DNA of 40,000 nucleotides, from assembly GCA_036272835.1 (NCBI GenBank), contig DATAXY010000025.1, forward strand, positions 334,155 to 374,154. Direction: 5' to 3'. The translations under genes and the position numbers were made by a program. Origin of the DNA: Bryobacteraceae bacterium (GTDB taxonomy: Bacteria > Acidobacteriota > Terriglobia > Bryobacterales > Bryobacteraceae). Below the pieces are notes generated by a model, which saw nothing but the letters and a program-made list of their open reading frames with translations, was not told the DNA's origin and did not search any database. Each line of letters starts with the position of its first letter. Positions within the stretch are counted from its first letter, which is position 1. This document shows, in pieces, positions 20,456 through 29,272 of the stretch.

Positions 20456-21520
20456 GTGAAGGGCTTCAGAGGACTCTCTCGTAGGTCGACTGTTCTGACA
20501 CCAGAGAAAAAAGCAGCCGCTATCGCAGGATTACGTTATGCCATTCCTAAGGGCGCGGGCATTATCAGAAGGCGCGCCGGTCATGGCTTTGTCTACCTTT
20601 GGCAGGGCAAGATTCTTAAGAACGAGGTGATATTGAAGCGCATTCGCTCCTTGGTTATCCCGCCGGCATGGACTTCAGTGTGGATCAGCCCGGACGCGAA
20701 CGGCCATATACAGGCGGTCGGATATGACGCGCGCGGCCGGAAGCAGTATCGATACCACCCCGAATACCGGCATGTTCGCGACTTGGTGAAATTCGATCGT
20801 ATGCGAAGCTTTGGGAGGGCTCTGCCGCGCATTCGCCGTATCGTGGGCCGGGATCTGGTCCGTCCAGGACTGCCGAAACGCAAGGTGGTGGCCGCCATTG
20901 TGCGGTTGCTTGAGACCACCTACATTCGGGTCGGCAATGAAGAATATGTCAAGGAGAACGAATCGTTCGGACTGACAACCTTACGCAACCGCCACGTGGA
21001 GATTCTGGGCGAAGTGCTGCGCTTTCATTTTCGCGGGAAGAGTGGCCAGAGACACGAAATTGCGCTGGACGATGCACGACTCGCGCGGATCGTCAAAAAG
21101 TGTAAGTGCCTGCCGGGGAGTGCCGTATTTCAGTACCTGGATGAGGACGGGCGACCCGCGTCCGTAGACTCGGGCGATGTGAACGAGTATTTGAAAGAAA
21201 TCGCCCAGGGCGAGTTCACCGCCAAGGATTTCCGTACGTGGGGAGGAACCTGTTTGGCCCTCGAGTCTCTTGTCGAGAAAGGCCAAGAGGAGAGAGCCGC
21301 AAACATTAAGACGGCTCTGGTTGACGTTGTAAAGTCCGTGGCATCGAAACTTGGCAACAAACCAAACACCTGCCGCAAGTATTACATCCATCCCGACGTG
21401 CTGGAGAGTTTTGCTACTGGGCGATTGGCTCAAATGGCTGCCGGGTTGCGGAATGGCGAATCCTATCTCTACGAGAAGCTTCTGCTCTCATTGCTCAAAC
21501 CGCAGAAACTGGCGGCCTGA
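20456..21520 (+). CDS. DNA topoisomerase IB (poxvirus-like bacterial type)
   Basis: 354-aa ORF with IPPAWTSVWIS, GYDARGRKQYRYHP, FRGKSG and a C-terminal CRKYYIHP (catalytic Tyr context). Confidence 0.85.
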   Translation: MKGFRGLSRRSTVLTPEKKAAAIAGLRYAIPKGAGIIRRRAGHGFVYLWQGKILKNEVILKRIRSLVIPPAWTSVWISPDANGHIQAVGYDARGRKQYRYHPEYRHVRDLVKFDRMRSFGRALPRIRRIVGRDLVRPGLPKRKVVAAIVRLLETTYIRVGNEEYVKENESFGLTTLRNRHVEILGEVLRFHFRGKSGQRHEIALDDARLARIVKKCKCLPGSAVFQYLDEDGRPASVDSGDVNEYLKEIAQGEFTAKDFRTWGGTCLALESLVEKGQEERAANIKTALVDVVKSVASKLGNKPNTCRKYYIHPDVLESFATGRLAQMAAGLRNGESYLYEKLLLSLLKPQKLAA

Positions 21521-21524
21521 AAGG

Positions 21525-22808
21525 CTACACGGAGGCCGGCTTCACGCGTCCCAGTAGCTTATTCAGAACGGAGATGGCGCGATCCACATCCTGTTCGGCT
21601 AAAATGTACGGCGGCAAAAAGCGAAGCACGGTGTCGTGCGTGCAATTGAAGAGTAGACCTTCCTGAATTCCATCGAGCACAATCTGGTTGCCGGGGGTAT
21701 CCAGTTCCATGCCGATCATGAGGCCTTGCCCGCGAATTTCGCGGATGAAGCTGTAGCGGCGCGCAAGTTCCGTCAAACGCATGCGGAAGTATCCTCCGAC
21801 AGAACTTATCGAAGGTAAAAGCTCATCGAGAATATCGAAAAACTCCAGCGCGACGCGGCACGCGAGCGGACCGCCCCCATAAGTCGTGCCGTGCATGCCG
21901 GGGCGAATGGTGCGCGCTGCCTTCTCGTTGGCCACAATCGCGCCTAATGGGATACCGCAAGCCATAGGCTTAGCGGCGACCACAATGTCCGGCAGTACGA
22001 CCGGATCGAGAAGCTGGTACGCAAAGTAGGTGCCCGGACGTCCTACGCCACACTGGATCTCATCGAAAACCAATAATGCATTGAACCGGTCGGCCAGTTC
22101 GCGCGCCTTGCGAAGGAAGGATTCGGAGAGCGGGTAAATGCCGCCCTCGCCCTGAATCACTTCGAGCACAATCGCGGCGGTGTTTTCATTAACTGCAGCT
22201 TCGAGAGCCTGCATATCACGGCGGGGAACGAAGCGAGCTCCCGGTAAGAGCGGCTCAAAATCGGCGCGGTACTTCGGTTGACCCGTGATCGATAAGGCGC
22301 CAAGGGTGCGGCCGTGAAACGATCCTTCTATAGCCACCACCTCATGTTTATGCGGGCCGATCGAGTTCCCGTGAGAGCGCGCCATCTTAAGCGCTCCCTC
22401 CACGCACTCGGTTCCCGAATTGCAGAAAAACGCGCGATTGAGACCGGTAGCTTTGGCCAAGCGCTCCGCAAGCCGTCCTTGATACTCGTGATAGTAGAGG
22501 TTGGACGTGTGCAGCAGGAGACCGGCCTGCTGGCGAATCACCTTAGTAATTCGGGGGTGCGCATAGCCGAGGGAGTTCACGCCGATGCCTGAGATCAGGT
22601 CCAGATAGCGCTTCCCATCGAGATCGTATAAATAGCAGCCCTTCCCACGATGTAGGGCTAATGGATAACGCGCATAGTTCTGGAGCAGGTACTGCCGCTC
22701 AAGACCCATGATCTCTTCAAGGCTCATGGTGGGATCATTGGGAGGTATCACCTCCGGTTCCGGAGGCACAATTGTCGCCATAGATTCATCATACGGAGTC
22801 ACCCGCAC
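21525..22808 (-). CDS. argD: Class-III aminotransferase (acetylornithine/succinylornithine aminotransferase-like)
   Basis: 427-aa ORF with LISGIGVNSLGYAHP, a DEIQCGVGRPG motif and PLP-lysine context. Start uncertain: GTG 22808, ATG 22781 or ATG 22727. The symbol is tentative. Confidence 0.8.
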   Translation of the reverse strand: MRVTPYDESMATIVPPEPEVIPPNDPTMSLEEIMGLERQYLLQNYARYPLALHRGKGCYLYDLDGKRYLDLISGIGVNSLGYAHPRITKVIRQQAGLLLHTSNLYYHEYQGRLAERLAKATGLNRAFFCNSGTECVEGALKMARSHGNSIGPHKHEVVAIEGSFHGRTLGALSITGQPKYRADFEPLLPGARFVPRRDMQALEAAVNENTAAIVLEVIQGEGGIYPLSESFLRKARELADRFNALLVFDEIQCGVGRPGTYFAYQLLDPVVLPDIVVAAKPMACGIPLGAIVANEKAARTIRPGMHGTTYGGGPLACRVALEFFDILDELLPSISSVGGYFRMRLTELARRYSFIREIRGQGLMIGMELDTPGNQIVLDGIQEGLLFNCTHDTVLRFLPPYILAEQDVDRAISVLNKLLGRVKPASV

Positions 22809-22814
22809 CTGAAA

Positions 22815-24314
22815 TCACTTCTTGACGTAATCGAACTTCACCAACCCGTTGCGGTAATCGATTGTGAGACGGAAAAGATCCAGCAGCGGAAACCCAAAAA
22901 CGCCGCTCATGCGCACCGGCACATGCTCTGGTGAGTTGTTTAGATTGACGGAGGTGATGCCAACATTCTGCTGTCGAAAGGTTGCGAACTCCAATTGGGC
23001 TCGGTCGGCTTCGAATACCTTGTTGACTTCGCCCGAAAGGCCGCGCACGCGCATATAAGAGTTCGCATAGACTTTCGTCGAAAGCCGGGCGAACGTGGAA
23101 TCGACGATTGACATCGAGGACCCGGTATCAATCAGGAAAAGCCCCCACGTCTTTCCATTTAGCCGCGTAGGGACCATCAGTTGATGTCCGTAGCGAAAGA
23201 TCGGCGTGAAGTCCTTTTCGTCTGGCAAAGGAGCGCGGTTGTATCCTTGCGCGCTCGGTTCGCGAGCCGGCTGCGGAGTCAAATGGAGCAGACGCCGCTG
23301 GAAATCGATCTGTACGACGTAGCGAGAGAAGAAGTCGGCGCCAATCAGTCCATCTTCATCGCCGGCCGGATGCTTACCTTCGAAAACCCGCATCACGCAA
23401 GTTTTGTAAGTCAGAGTGCTGATTTTGCAAGTGTCCGCAACCGATACAAAGCCGTTACGAGGTCCCTTATCGCCGATGCCCCGGCCTTCAATTGTTCCCA
23501 GATGACTCAGCCCGACTTTGTCGACCGCCTTTTGATTCACCATAATGCCGGAAGCACCCGTATCGAAGAGCAGTACCAGCCGTTTGCCATTTTCAATCGT
23601 GAACTCAAGGCCGAGCCCGCGTATTTTGGTGGCGGTATACATCAAAGGGACCAAATGAAGCGTGGTTTCCTGAAGGCCGCCATCGAGTTCGAAGGCCTTC
23701 CGCTTGTTAACCCCGGCGGCAACCTGCGAGCTTGTGGCGGATTGAGTCGCGTAGTGCTCATAAAGCCACGGATGTGCGGCGCGGAACGGGCCGAAGACTT
23801 CCCGGCGCTTTTCCGGTATCAAGGAGGGTATCCATGCGCGGGTAATGAGAGCATCTTTGGGATCGAGTTCATGCGCGCGCATGGTGAGTAGGCGGGCGGT
23901 CCGGTAATTTGAGGAGGCCCTCAGCATTTCCGACAGAGCGAAAACGGCTCGGGCGGTTTCGGCGATCTTCACAGACCGGTTGAATAGCTGGTTGGCCAAA
24001 TAGACGTCGCCCATGTAATAGGTGAATTCCCCACGGGCGGTAAGCACTTCGGGGGAATTGGGAAAGTCGGTGGCCGCGGCATCGAAAGCATCGGCGGCTT
24101 CATCGACCAAGCCTTCGTAGGTCAGGCTTGAAAGCAGCGCCGCGCGTACTGAGGCATTCTTCGGGTCCGCGGCGGCCGCAGCCCGGAGTAGCGGTAGCGC
24201 GACTTTGAAATTCGCGTCCTCATATTCGCTAAGACCGTTCGAGACCGGGCCAGTTTGGGACCGCGCCACGGCTATCAGCGAGAACGCGAGTACAATTCCA
24301 GCGGCGATGCGCAT
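22815..24314 (-). CDS. Secreted aspartyl protease family protein with N-terminal TPR-like region (two retropepsin-like lobes)
   Basis: 499-aa ORF with a signal-peptide-like N-terminus. Two D-T-G active-site motifs (LLFDTGASGIMV and FLIDTGSSMSIV). Confidence 0.7.
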   Translation of the reverse strand: MRIAAGIVLAFSLIAVARSQTGPVSNGLSEYEDANFKVALPLLRAAAAADPKNASVRAALLSSLTYEGLVDEAADAFDAAATDFPNSPEVLTARGEFTYYMGDVYLANQLFNRSVKIAETARAVFALSEMLRASSNYRTARLLTMRAHELDPKDALITRAWIPSLIPEKRREVFGPFRAAHPWLYEHYATQSATSSQVAAGVNKRKAFELDGGLQETTLHLVPLMYTATKIRGLGLEFTIENGKRLVLLFDTGASGIMVNQKAVDKVGLSHLGTIEGRGIGDKGPRNGFVSVADTCKISTLTYKTCVMRVFEGKHPAGDEDGLIGADFFSRYVVQIDFQRRLLHLTPQPAREPSAQGYNRAPLPDEKDFTPIFRYGHQLMVPTRLNGKTWGLFLIDTGSSMSIVDSTFARLSTKVYANSYMRVRGLSGEVNKVFEADRAQLEFATFRQQNVGITSVNLNNSPEHVPVRMSGVFGFPLLDLFRLTIDYRNGLVKFDYVKK

Positions 24315-24436
24315 GAATGACCTGAGCCACAGCGTACCATGAGTTGGAGGAGTGAAATATCCCGCTGCAATCTACGGCTTACAAGGATTACAGATGGATT
24401 GTCGCAGATCCGGAGCGTCTGGGTGGAAATCTTTCC

Positions 24437-24722
24437 ATGTGGCTGCTTGACGCCAACATGGAGCAAATCTCGGCGATGTACAGTATGGGTTATGGACCGC
24501 AACCAAATCGCGAAGGCATGTGTGACTTCGTCGCGATTCGCAAGGAAACGCTCCACCTCTCAAGACGCAGTGGAATATGTTCGAAGTCTCCGTCAAGGTG
24601 ACCGGCTGGATCGATTTGTCATCAGAGCGACAGCGACTGCCGCAGCACTTTGGACGCGAAACCGCAAACACTACCCGATGAAGCAACTTGCCTTTTTTCG
24701 ATTGAGCGTCGAAGTCATCTAG
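24437..24722 (+). pseudogene. Possible degraded toxin-antitoxin remnant (PIN/VapC-like C-terminus, frameshifted)
   Basis: The frame of ORF 24339..24722 ends ...DRFVIRATATAAALWTRNRKHYP..., like the C-terminal D..IAATA....LvTrN..hF block of PIN toxins. A second frame (24437..24601) reads MWLLDAN.... Total length is too short for an intact PIN domain. Confidence 0.25.
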
Positions 24723-24896
24723 AAGCACAAAGGGCGCGGATGCGCGCTCCAGACAGCAAAGAAACTCGCTCAGTTTTTGGGTGACGGGCTTGGCGGCGCG
24801 ACCGTGTTGCGCTGTCCCTCAGTAGGCGGAGATGGAACCCTCCGATACAATACGCTTCGGGATGCCTCTCAATATCTGCATCCCATCACCACTCTT

Positions 24897-25619
24897 ATGA
24901 AAGTAAAAACCACAGTTCAACTCTCACTCGATCTCATTCATTTGCAGGATGCGCTCGAGGCAGCCGATGTCGCGATTCGCGCCGGAGTGGATTGGCTGGA
25001 AGCCGGTACTCCTTTGATCATCGCGGAAGGGCGGCATAGTGTTCGGCAACTGCGCGAGCGTTATCCCGATGTGCCCATTGTGGCCGATCTCAAAGCGATG
25101 GATGGCGGAGGGGGTGAAACCGAAGTTATGGTGAAGGCCGGAGCGAGCATGGTGGTAGTGATGGGACAAGCGCATCCGGAGACCGTGGAAGCGGCAGTGA
25201 AAGCGGGGCATGAATACGGCGCAAAAGTAATGGGCGACAACATGGCGATGCCGGATCCGGTGGCTGGCGCCAAACGGCTGGAAGACCTTGGTTGCGACTA
25301 CATTATTCACCACGTCGGCTATGACATGCGAACATTGCGGAGACAAAGAGGGCAGGATTCGCCGACTCCGCTTGATCGCTTGCGTGAAATTGTCCAAGCC
25401 GTTTCAGTGCCTGTGCAGGCCGTTGGAGGCTTGACGATCCAGCAGGCTATGGATACTCCGAAGTACGGGGCGCCGTTGGTCGTGATCGGGGCGCCATTGG
25501 TGATCGAAGGTCATATGTTTCGCGCAGCGACAGGCGACATGGAGGGAATGCTGCGGATGATCTGCGAAAACGTTCATGCGTACGGAGCGATCGAAGTGGG
25601 TCACGGGGCTGCGGCATGA
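24897..25619 (+). CDS. 3-hexulose-6-phosphate synthase / 3-keto-L-gulonate-6-phosphate decarboxylase family (OMP decarboxylase-like) enzyme
   Basis: ORF track 24777..25619. The likely start is the ATG at 24897, giving MKVKTTVQLSLDL.. (the family begins with LQ.ALD). DWLEAGTPL and VADLKAMD motifs. Confidence 0.7.
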   Translation: MKVKTTVQLSLDLIHLQDALEAADVAIRAGVDWLEAGTPLIIAEGRHSVRQLRERYPDVPIVADLKAMDGGGGETEVMVKAGASMVVVMGQAHPETVEAAVKAGHEYGAKVMGDNMAMPDPVAGAKRLEDLGCDYIIHHVGYDMRTLRRQRGQDSPTPLDRLREIVQAVSVPVQAVGGLTIQQAMDTPKYGAPLVVIGAPLVIEGHMFRAATGDMEGMLRMICENVHAYGAIEVGHGAAA

Positions 25620-26653
25620 ACGCTCTGATGCCCGGCCTGGTCAATTACGCACGTGAACCGCGTTCCGTTGAATTACGCGAGGTACGTGTTCCGGAAATCG
25701 GTGATCACGATGTGTTGTTGCGAGTAGGCGCAGTCAGTATCTGTGGCAGCGACTTGCACCAGTGGCGCGGATCGCATAGCTGGCACGTCAATTATCCGTG
25801 CATTCTGGGACACGAATTTGCGGGTACCGTCTTTCGAGCCGGGCCGCTCGTGTCGAAGTTCAACGAGGGGGATCGCGTTGTTAGCGAAACAGCGGCCGTG
25901 ATCGATGAATCCTCCCCGCTCACGCGAACCGGACTGTATAACTTAGATCCTTCCCGGCGCGGCTTCGGCTATGGTGTCGATGGTGCGATGACAGAGTATG
26001 TGCGCGTACCGGAACGATGCCTGCATCGCATTCCGGAGACCCTGATCTTCCAAAAAGCTGCGCTGACAGAGCCTTGCTGCGTTGCTTACAACGCGGTTTG
26101 CATGAACGGACGAGTGCGCCCGGGCGACCATGTGCTGGTGATGGGGCCCGGACCTATCGGGTTGCTATGCGCGAAGATGGCGAAGCTTAGCGGTGCGGGT
26201 CTGGTAATCGTCGCCGGGTTACCCTGCGATCGGCGACGGCTTGAAGCGGCCCAAGCGGTCGGGGCCGATGTCACACTGGACAGCGGTGTCGTGGAGTATG
26301 TTGCTCAATTGGGCGACAAGCTGGGAGTGGATGTAGTGATCGACGCCTCAGGCGTTTCCGCGACGTTGCAAACAGCCATGCAAGCTGTACGTCCCGCGGG
26401 GCAGATTATAAAGGTCGGTTGGGGACCTCAGCCTATGCAATTCAGTCTCGATCCCCTAGTGCAGAAAAACGTCACCATCTCCGGCAGCTTCTCGCATAAC
26501 TGGCCGGTTTGGGAACGAGTCATTTCAATGATCGTATCCGGCCAGATAGATCTTGACCCGATTATGAGCCGCATCGGTAACTTACCGGAGTGGCTCGAAT
26601 GCTTCGAGAAGATGCACGCGGGCGAATATGTGAAGGCTGTTTTGATTCCCTGA
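25616..26653 (+). CDS. Zinc-dependent alcohol/polyol dehydrogenase (MDR family)
   Basis: 345-aa ORF with a 4-bp overlap with the upstream gene. Contains GSDLH, GHEFAG and a GPGPIGL Rossmann motif. Confidence 0.85.
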   Translation: MNALMPGLVNYAREPRSVELREVRVPEIGDHDVLLRVGAVSICGSDLHQWRGSHSWHVNYPCILGHEFAGTVFRAGPLVSKFNEGDRVVSETAAVIDESSPLTRTGLYNLDPSRRGFGYGVDGAMTEYVRVPERCLHRIPETLIFQKAALTEPCCVAYNAVCMNGRVRPGDHVLVMGPGPIGLLCAKMAKLSGAGLVIVAGLPCDRRRLEAAQAVGADVTLDSGVVEYVAQLGDKLGVDVVIDASGVSATLQTAMQAVRPAGQIIKVGWGPQPMQFSLDPLVQKNVTISGSFSHNWPVWERVISMIVSGQIDLDPIMSRIGNLPEWLECFEKMHAGEYVKAVLIP

Positions 26654-26854
26654 CGCCATCGACTTGGGACATCGGGCTGCCGCCGCAAACAGCGGCCCCT
26701 CGCCGTGACCAGAATCATGTCGGAAGGAAGAAAACATGGGACGGCGTCTGTCTCCTTCTGGGCGTTTCCAAGAATTATTTGATTACATGCTTCCCTATTA
26801 CTTCGACAAGAGAGCCTGCTATCCTCTTATGTAGAAGAAGCAGGGAATACATAC

Positions 26855-27364
26855 ATGGCCGATCGCATCCATTTGCCGCCAGGCACGCTGGATCTCTTGA
26901 TACTGAGGGCCAAGGCGAGGATCTCTAATTCGTTCCGGATCACTTTGCTTACGTTGTTCTTGCTCCTAAATCTGCCTCTCGCGTGCCCCGCTCAGGCCGG
27001 CTCGGCTCCGATCAAAGTCGGAGAGGCCGCCCTTCGTGCAGATGCCAGCGTCTACCCGATCCCGACTTACCCCGCGGACTCTATTCGAGCTCACCATACA
27101 GGCCGTGTTGTGATTGAGGTGGTGGTGGCGCCTATCACGAGCACTAGTCCCCTCGCACGCGTGCAGTCCACCAGAGTCTTAGAAACTCCGGATCGGTCCA
27201 TGGCGCACGCGGTAATCGCGTCTCTTAAGGATGCCCGCTATATGCCTTTGTTCGACGGTGCGGGGAACGTGGTGCAAGCGTCCGGCCGTGTAGTTTGGGA
27301 GTTCCGCATCAACGAACAGGCCAGAAGTGATCGACCCGAATGCAATGCCCAAGCGATCGACTGA
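26855..27364 (+). CDS. Chimeric ORF: PadR-type N-terminus fused to a signal peptide plus TonB-C-terminal-like domain
   Basis: The first ~19 aa, MADRIHLPPGTLDLLILRA, match the PadR N-terminus. They are followed by RITLLTLFLLLNLPLACPAQA/G and by YPIPTYPADSIRAHHTGRVVIEVVV...GRVVWEFRI (TonB_C-like pattern). Confidence 0.45.
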   Translation: MADRIHLPPGTLDLLILRAKARISNSFRITLLTLFLLLNLPLACPAQAGSAPIKVGEAALRADASVYPIPTYPADSIRAHHTGRVVIEVVVAPITSTSPLARVQSTRVLETPDRSMAHAVIASLKDARYMPLFDGAGNVVQASGRVVWEFRINEQARSDRPECNAQAID

Positions 27365-27384
27365 GACCCTGGCTGACGCATTGA

Positions 27385-27576
27385 GCGGGTATCGCGCGTT
27401 TCCGGCCGCTGGAGCTGGACGGTTTGCTGGATTCGGAGTGGCGCCAAACCGAAAACTCGCGCCGGGCGAAATCCTATTCGCTCACTCGGCCCGGATGAAA
27501 GCAGCTTGAAATTGAATCGGCGAACTGGAATCGCAGGGCGTCCGCGATCGCGCGTTTCCTGAAGGTTGAGGCATAA
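27385..27576 (+). pseudogene. PadR-family regulator, C-terminal remnant with in-frame TGA
   Basis: Translation reads ...RPLELDGLLDSEWRQTENSRRAKSYSLTRPG*KQLEIESANWNRRASAIARFLKVEA*. The TGA at 27496..27498 sits where the family has Arg (..GRKQL..). The frame differs from the PadR N-terminus at 26855. Confidence 0.65.
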
Positions 27577-27764
27577 CTAGTGTCGCTTTGGCGCTACCCC
27601 TTATCCCCGAACAGGTCTGTAAGTCCGCCGGACGCGCCTACCCATTCACCGATTTCGAAAATATTGTTTCTTCCTTATTCCGAACAATTTACAAAGAAAT
27701 CGTCGGATTAAAAGTTCGTTTTTGCCTTCTCGCATGCTAGCGTCTAAACCGAAAGCGAGATCCT

Positions 27765-28076
27765 TCACCCATGTCCTCTCCCGCGCAAATTGCCGCCAAT
27801 CAGGCCAATGGGATAGGAGATAGAGAGCTGCAAAACTGCCCTCCCCCAGAGACCCTGTGCGACCGCTTCTTTAATTTTGCCCTCGGCCCCAATCGAAACC
27901 AAACACCCTGCCAATTCGGCCTTCAGAAGCAAAGATCGAGGTTCAGAGGCCTTGAAATCCGCTCTCAACAGAAGGTCGCGCGTTCGCCTTAAAGCTTGTG
28001 AGTATTCCCTAGCATCCAGCAGGGCGGTCACTTCATTTAGGAATTCTCGGTCCTCGGGGCTGATCGCTAACCTCAT
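27765..28076 (-). CDS. Hypothetical helical protein; the ORF reads outward through the left TIR into host DNA
   Basis: The 103-aa ORF begins inside the element (MRLAISPEDREFLNEVTALLDAREYSQALRR..., protein-like and TPR-like). Its last ~30 codons are encoded by the TIR, the TSD and host sequence. No recognised family. Confidence 0.3.
   Translation of the reverse strand: MRLAISPEDREFLNEVTALLDAREYSQALRRTRDLLLRADFKASEPRSLLLKAELAGCLVSIGAEGKIKEAVAQGLWGRAVLQLSISYPIGLIGGNLRGRGHG
27771..27809 (+). pseudogene. 5' fragment (13 codons, MSSPAQIAANQAN) of a host hypothetical gene interrupted by the casposon
   Basis: It joins in frame to 39617.. (AKLSTGPRTEEGRARSSHNAV...) once the element and one TSD copy are removed. 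The rest of track ORF 27771..27992 is read-through into the TIR. Confidence 0.8.
27796..27809. repeat. Target-site duplication, left copy (CCAATCAGGCCAAT; 15 bp if G27810 is included)
   Basis: Identical to 39603..39616. The following G is shared by the TSD and TIR interpretations. Confidence 0.85.
27810..27846. repeat. Left terminal inverted repeat
   Basis: GGGATAGGAGATAGAGAGCTGCAAAACTGCCCTCCCC, compared with the reverse complement of 39566..39602, GGGATAGGAGATAGAGAGCGGCAAAACTGCACCCCCC. The first 19 nt are identical and 34/37 positions match ungapped. Confidence 0.9.
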
Positions 28077-28362
28077 ATTGCTTCGGGTGGCACTAAAGCC
28101 CTTGAAGGTTCTTCTCGATGTTGACAGTTGTACAATTCGGAAAGAGAGTCAATGATCCTGATGGTTGGGACAACGACTCGCAGGTTCACATGCAGTGCAG
28201 GCCTTAGAGTTGGTTGTCGTCGTAAATGTCAAACGCTCCTGCCCCTACGTGTTGATCACGAGTTTCCCGAACAATAAGAAAGTTATCGAGTCCTGGATAA
28301 GGTAGAGATGTTCGTTCGCCTTCGCGATACTCCACTCTCTTCGTTTCGCAGGTAAATGCGTC

Positions 28363-29205
28363 TCAGCGTTCAACCAACAAAACCCCTTCCTTCATCCTAA
28401 AGGATGGATCGATGTTTTCCCTAACGAGATCGCACACGTAATTTGCGGCTCTTGTCATCTCAAGCACGAGGTCGTGAATCAAAGCTACATGGTATTCAAA
28501 TTCCAAGAGAAGCCCGGTATAGACATCATGTTCGTATGGCCGTCCCTTATAGAATGAAGCCGTTATCAGATATTCGTTAGGCCTATCCGCATCGTGCTCA
28601 GAATGCCTTGCGAACACCAGTAGAAGATCATTCACGACGAATCGGAATGACTCAAGGCTGTGACGTATCCGTTCATATCGAGTTGGCCAAACTCTCGATA
28701 ATAGCCAGACGCAGAGGCCTCGAAGGCTTTCTAAAAACTCAATGGCGACGATGGGTGTTGGAGCTAGTAAATATGAGGTATAGCCTAACCAATTATCTAA
28801 TCCGGCTCTCTTAGCCCAATCGTCAATGTATGCCGCCCACCTCTCATCGTCGGTCTGCTTCTTACTATCCCAATTGAGTGAGCTGCGAACCCACCCTTCG
28901 TGACTGCACTTAATTTCCTTCAGCTTTTGAACAGTAAAATAATTCTCCTGATCATCGACCTGCTTATGATGGATATTGCACAGCAAAATCAAATTTTCGT
29001 ACTTATTTCTCTGATCGAGGGGAAGGTCAGAATCGCCACGTGGTCCGTCGAGTTGCTCCGCTACGACGTGGGCCGCTTCTCCGACCAATGATGGATCGTC
29101 AGTCTCTGAGGGATCGATTACGAGGTCACGGCGGCACTCAGCTAGCGAGCAACGAGACGCTGCTCGCCCCCAGAGCATACGATTTGTCCTTACGCTGATT
29201 GACAC
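28363..29205 (-). CDS. HNH endonuclease domain protein with an uncharacterised C-terminal domain
   Basis: 280-aa ORF (GTG at 29205; alternative ATG at 29178). HNH core: C..AEC....GEAAHVVA....GPRGD....NKYENLILLCNIHHKQVD. Confidence 0.75.
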   Translation of the reverse strand: MSISVRTNRMLWGRAASRCSLAECRRDLVIDPSETDDPSLVGEAAHVVAEQLDGPRGDSDLPLDQRNKYENLILLCNIHHKQVDDQENYFTVQKLKEIKCSHEGWVRSSLNWDSKKQTDDERWAAYIDDWAKRAGLDNWLGYTSYLLAPTPIVAIEFLESLRGLCVWLLSRVWPTRYERIRHSLESFRFVVNDLLLVFARHSEHDADRPNEYLITASFYKGRPYEHDVYTGLLLEFEYHVALIHDLVLEMTRAANYVCDLVRENIDPSFRMKEGVLLVER

Positions 29206-29272
29206 TGAGTTTCACCACGCAGGTTTCGAGCGTTCAGCCTCCAACAGCGTCGGATGAGTGCTCGCCATTGAT

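Noticed and set aside
27771-27992. 73-aa plus-strand ORF that looks like an intact small gene.
   Set aside because: Only the first 13 codons are genuine host coding sequence. After 27809 the frame runs into the casposon TIR and yields a nonsensical tail.
27877-28155. 92-aa plus-strand ORF just inside the left end of the element.
   Set aside because: Its translation is Ser/Arg-rich and non-protein-like. The opposite-strand ORF (27765..28076) has the more credible sequence, so this is treated as its shadow.
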